A DNA stretch of 63,686 bases, filler included, from Neoconidiobolus thromboides FSU 785 (taxonomy: Eukaryota > Fungi > Entomophthoromycota), in assembly GCA_025603075.1 (NCBI GenBank). It is 4 parts of 4 records of this genome, joined end to end, with 100 filler letters (N's around TTAATTAATTAA, not from the genome) between each part and the next. Parts side by side here need not be neighbours in the genome. Positions count along the whole stretch, not along the records: positions 30,548 to 61,973 come from MU626480.1; 3 more parts are not named here. One strand, given 5' to 3'. Under the pieces are notes generated by a model. It had not been told where the DNA came from. It did not search any database and saw only the letters and a list, made by a program, of their open reading frames with translations. Position numbers and translations under genes: made by a program. Within the stretch, counting starts at the first letter, position 1. Every line of letters begins with the position of its first letter. Below, piece by piece: positions 36,813 through 46,029 of this stretch.

Positions 36813-36918
36813 ATATGGGGATGTTTTTTTTGATTTCATTATTTTTCCATTTTTTAAGCGCTATTTAAGTGGAAAGATTGTTAGTAAAATTCTTAAACAA
36901 AAAAAAACATCCTCATAT
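36813..36918 (-). mobile_element. MITE copy 13
   Basis: ATAT-GGGGATG...CATCCTC-ATAT. Confidence 0.93.
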
Positions 36919-36993
36919 AGTATTTAACAATTCAACAATTCTATCAAGGTTTAATAAAAAAAGTAGTGTTAATAAGTATTTATTAAATAACAT

Positions 36994-37109
36994 ATATGTG
37001 AAAATGTTTTTTTGATTTCATCACTTCCTCCATTTTATTAACAATCTTTCCATTCAAATAGCGTTTAAAAAATGGAGAAATAACGAAGTCAAAAAAAACA
37101 CTCCCCTAT
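36994..37109. mobile_element. MITE copy 14, chimeric (right arm at both ends)
   Basis: Starts with inverted right arm (tttttttgatttcatcacttcctccatttt), then forward core and right arm. Confidence 0.8.
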
Positions 37110-37257
37110 GTTAAATAAACATAAAGAAATGATGTATAATAACTGTTTTAGTAATTTGAAAAATAAAGTAGTAACTAGGTTAATATCTTTCAAATATATT
37201 TAAATAATTTCAAAAATACAATGAAAAAAACAAATTTACATAGTATATGTGTTTAGT

Positions 37258-37363
37258 ATATGGGGATGTACTTTTATGTTTAAGAATTTTACTAATAATT
37301 TTTCCACTCAAATAGGACTTAAAAAATGGAAAAAGTAATAAAGCCAAAAAAACGCCCCCATAT
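37258..37363 (+). mobile_element. MITE copy 15
   Basis: ATAT-GGGGATG...CGCCCCC-ATAT. Confidence 0.92.
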
Positions 37364-37579
37364 GATTAAAAAAAATCTAATAAATAAATAACTATAATAA
37401 CAAAAAATAAAGTGAGAAAAAAATTGAAAAACAGAAATTATAAAACAAAAATACATAGAACATCAGAAAGTATTCATATTTTATTAAACATAATAGTAAA
37501 CTATATTATTATCTGATATCTAATAGATCAAAAAAAGTAACACAACTCTAATTAAAGCTATAAAGCTTATAAAAAATAA

Positions 37580-37830
37580 AAAAATAAAAAAAGCAACTCC
37601 AGCTTATCTTGTAAAAATAACAAAAAATTTATCAACTTAGTGATATATTAATGTGACTATAATATTAAAATTATTTGTTTATTTATTTGCATATAGATTT
37701 GATTAATATTGATAAATAATTATATAAAAGCCTTACTAATCCATGAGTTTTTATTAAATTTAGTAGAAATTCTGCTAACTTACAATATAAATTATAATAA
37801 AGTAATTCAAATCTATGTTAAGTACTGCTT
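37580..37830 (+). pseudogene. Decayed relic homologous to 4256-4760
   Basis: LSCKNNKKFINLV..YLHIDLINIDK*LYKSLTNP*VFIKFSRNSANLQYKL**. Confidence 0.45.
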
Positions 37831-38164
37831 TTTAACAAAGAATTCATTATAAAATCTCAAGAAAGTTTTTAAAATACAAAATATTTAGGAATTAGATAAA
37901 AAAAATTAAGCCAATTTGAACGTCCTTATATGTTAATTTTATACTTTAAAGAATATAAAATGGTCATAAGTTACATTAATTTTATGCAATATAAAGCATT
38001 AGTAATCAACTCAAAGGATCGAAATATCTAGAATGAATAGGTTGTCACGGTTTAACAGAAGCGAAAATTAAACATGACTCAAAAAAGATAGTATAAAACA
38101 CTAAGTGATACCCATCAAATCAAATAAAACTTTAATATTTTTATAAATTTATTAACGTTTAAAA

Positions 38165-38617
38165 ATGGTAGAATGTATTACTTGGGATGAAAAATATAAA
38201 TATGAGTTTAAACGGCTAAATTTAAAATGGGTTCAAGAATTCTTTGAAGTTGAAGAAGCAGACACAAAGCAATTCGAATATCCAGAAACGATCGTCAATG
38301 ATGGCGGTGAAATTTTTTTTCTGTTAGACAAAGATAAAGTAATTGGTACTGTTGCGATGATGAAGCATGGGGATGAATATGAATTGAGTAAGTTAGCGGT
38401 GGATGATGGGTATAAAGGACAAGGTTTATCTAAGATATTGATGGATGCTTCTATAAAATGGGTTAAGGATAAAGGATATAAAAGTATCCTAATTATATCT
38501 AATACTAAATTAGAGCCTGCTATCAATCTTTATAAAAAGTATGGATTCGAAACGATTCATTTAGGACAGCATCCAAGTTATAGTAGAGCTAATATTGTTA
38601 TGCGTAAAATGTTATAA
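38165..38617 (+). CDS. GNAT acetyltransferase, bacterial-like, intronless
   Basis: FKRLNLKWVQEFFEVE, GGEIFF, VIGTVAMM, YELSKLAV, acetyl-CoA motif YKGQGLSK, SNTKLEPAINLYKKYGF. Confidence 0.9.
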   Translation: MVECITWDEKYKYEFKRLNLKWVQEFFEVEEADTKQFEYPETIVNDGGEIFFLLDKDKVIGTVAMMKHGDEYELSKLAVDDGYKGQGLSKILMDASIKWVKDKGYKSILIISNTKLEPAINLYKKYGFETIHLGQHPSYSRANIVMRKML

Positions 38618-38647
38618 TTTACTACAAATATTGAAATTTAAAGCATC

Positions 38648-38749
38648 AAATGGGAGTGTTTTTTTTCATTATTTTTTCCATTTTTTAAGTGCTATTTAAG
38701 CGGAAAATTTATTAGTAAAATTCTTAAACACAGAAATACATCCCCAAAT
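38648..38749 (-). mobile_element. MITE copy 16 (AAAT direct repeat)
   Basis: AAAT-GGGAGTG...CATCCCC-AAAT; 30 bp after the GNAT stop. Confidence 0.9.
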
Positions 38750-39173
38750 ACTGTTTTCCATCTTTTAAATATAAAGTTTATTGCTGTCGTTTAATTACGT
38801 ATTTTCCCCGAAGTTTTTTGTTTCATTCTAACATAACTTGTTTGTGATAAAATAGCTTTTGAACTAATCTCAAAAAATTATTCTCATTTAAATTTAACAA
38901 ATTTTTATTCCTTAACATTGATTTTTATCGGAATAAACACGAAGGACCTTAACCTAGAGGACTTGATAGATTCTTAAAAACTATCAAATTTTAATTAAAA
39001 AGCTATATCGTAAGGAATTACTTATAAAGGCTTATCATTTATATTTAAAAAGTTAAACTACTTTTTAATGGGTATATTAATTAAAAATGTTTAATATCTA
39101 GCAAAAATGCTATATATTTATAAAAAATAAATTCGGAGATTTTATTATAATATAATATGTGTTTTTACTTTAT

Positions 39174-40539
39174 TTATTGAACTGTTTTTCTTAAATACAA
39201 AACTTTTATAATGGCAACAAAAATGAAGCTCAAAAAGTATAGACATATTCCATAATAAATGATATTGGAATAATCTTGAGTAAAATCAAAGATAAGCCCA
39301 CCTAACGGTGGTCCTGCTAAATCACCAAGCCCAGTTGGTGCATAGGCTAATCCCATCATAGTGGATAGGTTTTCAACACCTAGAATAATAAGCTATAAAA
39401 GAACAAAGTTAAAATTAATCTTACCAAATAATACTGCACATGCTGTCGAAAACCCACCTGCAAACCCACCTGCGGGGAAACCATATAAAACAGAGAATAC
39501 AAGTAAAAGTGGGAAATTAAATGCGAAGCGCCAAACAACCAAAAGTAAACTTGATAAAAGTAAACTTAAACTATAGATTTCGAAATGTCCAAATCTATCT
39601 CCAATAATCCCAAACACGACTCTTCCAATTGAATTACAAACACTTAGCACAGCAATTAAAGTGGCACCCTCACTTGGCGTTAAACCAATTGAAGTTGCAT
39701 ACGTGGGTAAAAAGTATAACGGAACCAAATATCCAAAAGCAGCAAAAACGCTTGAGAAACCGAGAAGAATAAATTTACCGTTTAAAATCATTTCTTTTTT
39801 AAATGGTACTTTTTTCTTATCAGTATTTTTGTCTCGCTTAATATATGGTTTGATAATGATAGCAGAAAACACTAAACAGGCTAAAAGGATGAAAGCATTG
39901 TATCTTAATGTCCACTGATATCCAGAATAAGGCAACAATTTAGCATTTAACAAACTAAACACCATGCCTCCAATACCAGAACCTGCTGTTCCTATTCCTG
40001 TAGCTAATCCTCGATATTTATCAAACCAATGTGCTATCACCGTGTTCGCTGGAACATAAATTAAGCCCCCTCCTACCCCAAACAAAAAACCTTGAGTTAT
40101 AATTAAGTGCCAAATCTAATAAGATTAATTTAAACGATATATTATAACTTAATAAAGTTACCTCGGTTGAAAAGGAGGCCAATATATAGCTTAAGGTTAC
40201 TACTGCAGCCCCAGCAAAAGCACAAGCCTTAAAGCCAAATAGATCACATAGTCTTCCTGTCACAATAGATATAAAAGCCATTGTGGTTGGAGCAACGGTA
40301 CCTATCAAAGCTATCTCTGAATATTTAGCACCTTCGAACACATTTTTATAGTAAAATTCAACAAATACACCAAATCCAGCTGCAACCCCAAAGGAACAAG
40401 CTTGCATCAAAAAACTTGCAACCACTATCAACCAACCATAACCACCATCGGGTAATATTAGCTTATCGTCTAAATCATTTGAATGATCTTCATTAAAGTT
40501 TATTGAACTCTCCTCTTTTATACTTGACTTTTGCTTCAT
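39174..40539 (-). CDS. MFS monocarboxylate-transporter-like protein (Mch-like), 3 exons
   Basis: PDGGYGWLIVVASF, GRLCDLFG, IAHWFDKYRGLATGIG, GRVVFGIIGDRFG, GPPLGG; first ATG at 40539. Confidence 0.92.
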
Positions 40540-41291
40540 CAAAAAATAAACTTTTAGTATATGTTACTTTATTATATAGTTTTGACTTTTTTATTATCAA
40601 GGTTATTCTAATGAAATCAATAATTCAATCATCTGGGGCGAGAATGATTTTCTACTTTGTTCCTAATGTAATAATAAACCATTGAAAAAAATATAATAAT
40701 AATTTATTAGGGTTTTAGTGACACGGTAAACTAGATTTTGTTAATTAAAAAAGCAAACTTAATACAGTTTGTCCTTTTTTAGATGAGCAAGTGTAAAAAT
40801 TTATTAGATTAAATATGAAATTTTCCAGTTTGATTTAGGTTAATTTTTCAAAACCTGTATGGAAGTATCCTTTTTTATCCTTTTGTTCACTTCTATTCAA
40901 CATGAAATTTAAAGAATAGTATTAATAAATATTGCAAAATATTACAGTGGGTTGTTTTAAAAGGCCTTGTAAGTGAAACAAAACAACCAAGTACTTTATT
41001 GATGGATGAAGAAAAATGAAACAATTTGATAATGGTAGGACGACAATCAAGGGAAGAATGAGGAGGAGAGCTAATCACTTTTGATATTATGCTAAAATTG
41101 TAAGGACTTTAAATTCTACCAACCCTGGTTCTGTAAAGGAAAGAATGAATTTAGCAGAAATATACTCCGCCTTGTGTAACTGTAACTAATTGTAGAACAA
41201 ACCTAGAGCCTTTGAGTCAGTAACTGCTGAATTTCCAGACGAAATTTTAGCGTTTTAGATAGGAATTTAGTATAATACGATTTATTTCAAG

Positions 41292-41397
41292 ATATGGGAA
41301 TGTGTTTTTGTGTTTAAGAATTTCACTAACAAATTTTCCACTTAAATAGCGCTTAGAAAATGGAAAAAGTAATGAAATCAAAAAAACACTCTCATAT
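41292..41397 (+). mobile_element. MITE copy 17
   Basis: ATAT-GGGAATG...CACTCTC-ATAT. Confidence 0.92.
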
Positions 41398-41685
41398 ACA
41401 AGGTAAACTATTTATAGTAATTGTGCTTAATTTACAATTTTCGCAAACAACCAAACTGTGAAAATAAATGAACTTAGATTTGAATTAACTAATAATAATT
41501 CTTAAAAGTAGTATAAATCACAAGTGCTATAATATTATTTGAAAAATTCAACAAAAACTTTAGATTCAATATTCAATATTATTTAATTGTTTCCTTTAAT
41601 CTTTGATATTTATGTAAGTGATGAGTATAACAAAAGCTTTATGACAAACCAATGTCTATAAGTAACTTTTTTGTTTTTTCTCTTT

Positions 41686-41785
41686 ATATGGGGATGTATT
41701 TTTGTATTTAAGAATTTTACTACCAATTTTTCTACTCAAATAGTGCTTAAAAAATAGAAGTAAAGCTAAAAAAACACCCCTATAT
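41686..41785 (+). mobile_element. MITE copy 18
   Basis: ATAT-GGGGATG...CACCCCT-ATAT; small internal deletion. Confidence 0.9.
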
Positions 41786-42269
41786 AGAGTCTATTTCTTT
41801 AACAAAAGACCATATCTTTTAGAGTTTTAAAATAATGAATTAAATAAGAAAGTTTATTACATTTAAAAGGTAGCATTATTCAAACACAGCAGTAATAGTT
41901 TTAATCTAGATTTAGTGAACTTTTTTAACAAATATAGCAAACTACTACTGTTTTCAAAATATTTTAATTTTATAAATTGCCAAATAAGATGATGCATAAG
42001 CCAATACCCTATAGATCTACTTGGTTGTAGTATAAAGGATTTTGAGTAAATTAAGACTAAAATTAAAATAGGGAAATGACATCCAGTGTATAGATTTACA
42101 AAGGATAGAACCAGTTATTTTTGGGCTAAAAAGCAGGAACCTTGGTCCTGGGCTATAAATACTTTCTGTAATCGGCATACATATAAGTTGTTTTAATATA
42201 TCTCAATATCATATCTACCTAATTTCCTTTACATTCCGATTTACAGTAAGAGTGCTAGAATTGAACAAA

Positions 42270-43343
42270 ATGATTTTTAGCACCGAACTCGTCTCTCTAA
42301 CAATCTTAGAACTTGTGGCTTTCATCACTAGTCAAGATCTACCATTTTAAAAAACAGAAGATCTTGAAGTTCATAAAGACATCAAAGATCTAATTAATCA
42401 CCAATTGCACCGTTGTTTTGGCGAAATAAAGGAATTAAACAGTGGTACAAAACCTATTGCATAGGATAGATACACTAAAATGCATGCCAGCTTATTTCCA
42501 AAAATTCATGGCACACGACTCTTCTTAGTATAGAATCATTATCCTTTATATTTTATGGAAAAAGGATTAAAAAAATTGATCCTTCAGTTACGATTCCATA
42601 CTAGAATTAGACTGTTGACCCTAATTACCTCAACAGTAATATCATTGATATTGACAAATACTTTGTGGAAATAAATAACAATAGTTAATATGTTGATAAT
42701 AGTCCATTTAAAGATTTTAGATTATTTAATTGACATGGTAGAAGTGGTGACGAGATTTGCTTAAGGTGTAATAAAGTATTTAGCTAATAAACCACTGGTG
42801 GGTCCGAAATAGGAAATCTCTATTTAAATATGCCTCTATTGGTAAATTTTCTATAGATCTTGAAGGTGTGCCACACAGTTGTATTCATGTTGGTATTGTT
42901 GGGGAATTCTCTACTGATACCTCACTTAGTAATTTTATCTTTTATTCTCATCACGCTCTTTTTTATAAATCATGTTTTGTTTATCAAATGCCTCATCCTA
43001 AAACTATAAATAAATATGCTTTAAATCGTCATACTCCAGTTACTCCTTGAGGTTTCCTAACTATTCAATGAACTGATACTTCAGATCGCCTATCCTATGC
43101 TTATAAGCAAAAATATTCCTTGTGAACCATTCTAGATGGATCTTCTATGCTGCTTTCATACCTGATTTCAAATCAGAACCATATATAGTATCGGGCAATA
43201 CTACTACCATTGAAGAATTAGTCAAACATGATGTTGCTTTTGTTGCTAGAAATTTCGAGTTGGTTGATAGTAACATTCTTAAGGCTTTAGTAAGTAATGT
43301 ATTTTTATTTTCTTCTGGTCTTGGGGAACCACAACCAAACTAA
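42270..43343 (+). pseudogene. Tyrosinase pseudogene (paralog of 32817-34424)
   Basis: MIFSTELV signal peptide; ELNSGTKPIA*DRYTKMHA..KIHGTRLFLV*NH; (frameshift) KIDPSVTIPY*N*T; LEGVPHSCIHVGI..TSLSNFIFYSHHA. Confidence 0.88.
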
Positions 43344-43819
43344 TAGGTGTGGAATTCATTGGAAGAATGAAATTGAACTATTCAAATATTTATGAAAATG
43401 AGCTATGTGAATTAGAATTTAAGAAGTTTATGAGAGAAATCGGAGTTGGTCAATAGCACCTTATTATCTAAACGCTATTTGAATCTATCTCAATTGATTT
43501 TCATATTTAATTTTAGAACCTACGCTTTCGTTTACTATTTGATATTTTATTAATTATTTTTAGTACAAAAATTCCAAAATTTAATATATTTAAGGTCTAT
43601 ATCACTCTCATCAAATATTATCACTTTATTTATACCTTTATTTAAAGTTCAGGATTTTCATAAATTATCCTACTTATTCTGTAATTATGATATGGTTATT
43701 TTCAAAATAGTCTCTTTTTTTTTGAGCAAAGATAACAAAAGGGGTGTTGGTTACAACGGAAACATTTTTTATGTTTAAAAATGATATTTTTTATATAAAA
43801 GTTTAATTATAGCAACTAT

Positions 43820-43923
43820 ATATAGGGATGTGTTTTTTTGTTTAAGGATTTTACTACAATCTTTCCACTCAAATAGTGCTTAAAAAATGGAAAATAATAA
43901 AACTAAAAAAAACAGTCCCATAT
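43820..43923 (+). mobile_element. MITE copy 19
   Basis: ATAT-AGGGATG...CAGTCCC-ATAT. Confidence 0.92.
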
Positions 43924-44140
43924 CCTTGGGAGTAAATTTGCAAAAAGAGAGATTATAGAAATAACTTTATGTTATTCAATACCTAATATTACATAACTAT
44001 TTCAAAAACATATTTATTTGTCCAATGACATCTCATGTTAATTTTCCGTATTATGCTCTGAACATTAGAACATAAAGATAAAAAAAGGCAAATGACAAAC
44101 CCTAATTTGTAATAAATTCGAAATGTCATAAAATTAAGTA

Positions 44141-44242
44141 TAATAGGGATGTATTTTTTTAGGATTTTGCTAATAAATTTTTCATTCAAAAATAATGCTC
44201 AAAAAACGGAAAAAGTAATGAAACTAAAAAACATCCTCATAT
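44141..44242 (+). mobile_element. MITE copy 20
   Basis: TAAT-AGGGATG...CATCCTC-ATAT. Confidence 0.85.
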
Positions 44243-45259
44243 TGCCAAATATCAATTTAGAAGTACTTAGATCATTGGATACACACGAGCTATTTACTTT
44301 ATGCTTATTGAATAAATACTTATCTAAGATTATAAGTGTGCCATTAAGTACAACTCGATCTATATAATGTATCGTATTGGAAAATGTTATTACCATCAAT
44401 ACAAGTTTTTAAGAAAAATAGGCTGTTATTAAAACACATACATATACATAGTAACAACCTTTTTAATACAAGATCTACATATTATGAAGAATCATCAATC
44501 ATTAGTTACTACAATAATAAATTTCATAATAGTTGCTACAATGATTTTAAAAAAGACACAAAATTAACAAACTTATCAAAGTTAACTATAAAAGTTGTAA
44601 TTATTTATTTTTGTTAAGAGAAGTATTTAACGCTGATATAGACTAACTCAAAAAGCTAGAAATTCATACAAGCAAATTAAATATTGGAAGCATTACCAAT
44701 TACTTGAGACCAAACACCTTATAACTGTTTAAAATTTATTCTAACTATGAACTATACAATGGGAGATTAGATGTTCCCAAAATAAGGTTTAAAAAATTAA
44801 ATGCGCTACATCTAACTCCAGGTAGACTTATTTATAGTTCTATTGAAGCTAATATCAATATAAGTTTTATTTTCGATTTGGTATTACGAATTGATAAATA
44901 TTGTAATATGGATATTCTTAAGTGCTTTGATAATTCGAAAAAAATAAATGATATAAAATTAATAGACTATTATAAGACATTATATGTTAATATTCTTAGA
45001 GAGTTCGACAGCATAAAATTGGTTGGAAATAGAAATATTATTGCATTAGCTTATTTTGATACAAGAAAAATAATCCAAAGCAATATTTTAAAGTTATTCG
45101 CATTGAAAGAAGCCTACTTTGTTGGTTTAACAAAAGTACTATTGACTTCACTTTCATTTTTTAATACTTAAACAATATGCTTCAATTGTTTAAAATCTAA
45201 TATTAAAAGAAGGGCTGCTATTCCATATTCGGTCACTAATGAATTGCATGAAAAGGAGC

Positions 45260-45365
45260 ATACGGGCATGTATTTCTGTGTTTAGGAATTTTGCTAATAA
45301 TTTTTCCGCTTAAATAGCGCTTAAAAGATGGAAAAAATAATGATGCCAAAAAAATGCCCCCATAT
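45260..45365 (+). mobile_element. MITE copy 21
   Basis: ATAC-GGGCATG...TGCCCCC-ATAT. Confidence 0.88.
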
Positions 45366-46029
45366 AGTTAAATGCAAGTTTATAAAAAAAAGCATAATAG
45401 ATGACTTTTATAATTATATTTGAAAATATCTTTATTTTCCATCTTTCTCTCCAAATCTTGAGGCATTGATAGTCTGATATTTTGAATTAGAAGACGAATA
45501 CACAGAAATATAACTTAAGCTTATTACTCTTACACTGCTTATTAGTCCAGTTGCATCACATGTAACTCTAGCCTTATCTAATGAATTAAAAAGAATTCCA
45601 ATGTTAATTTATATAAATTTATAAGTATATTATGATGCCATTATCAATAAACTCTTTTTTGCATACTTTTTTACTAACCGCGTTCTTTATTTAAGTCATA
45701 TAATTATAAAAATATCAGCATAGTCATACAATAATTAATTTTCTATATTAGTGTTGTTTACGAAAATTTGATTATTATGGTAAAATTCATAGAGTTATAT
45801 CAAATTAATGAATGTTGATGTTTTTGAAGTAGCTAGCATGATAGACAAGCTTACACTATCAGTGTTTTTCACTTACAAACATGCAATGTTTATTAAAATC
45901 TACTAACATTTTAAGATTCATTATTAAAACATAACAGCTTCCCTTCTTCAATTATCTTGATTTATCAACTTTTTAAATTAAAAAGTTATTGTAATAAATA
46001 GCTTTATTTTGATAATAGCACAATAAAGA

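Larger units (their letters stand above)
44123..45423 (+). pseudogene. F-box/LRR pseudogene interrupted by two MITEs
   Basis: Removing MITE 20 gives MS*N*V*LPNINLEVLRSLDTHELFTLCLLNK (F-box-like); downstream LRR-like LTNLSKLTI, FKKLNALHL; multiple stops. Confidence 0.6.

Noticed and set aside
36614-37363. Closely spaced repeats resembling a CRISPR array
   Set aside because: Units are ~100 bp, in mixed orientation, irregularly spaced and TSD-flanked, in a eukaryotic context with no cas genes.
20292-44399. Short ORFs 20292-20507, 23997-24281, 28924-29148, 35343-35681, 43989-44189, 44149-44367, 44199-44399
   Set aside because: Each is built largely from MITE sequence (e.g. FFKRYLSGKIVSKILK) and is not an independent gene.
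45424-46020. Possible class-A GPCR-like relic on the minus strand (CDATGLISSVRVISLSYISV)
   Set aside because: Only one TM3-like segment amid many stops; insufficient support.
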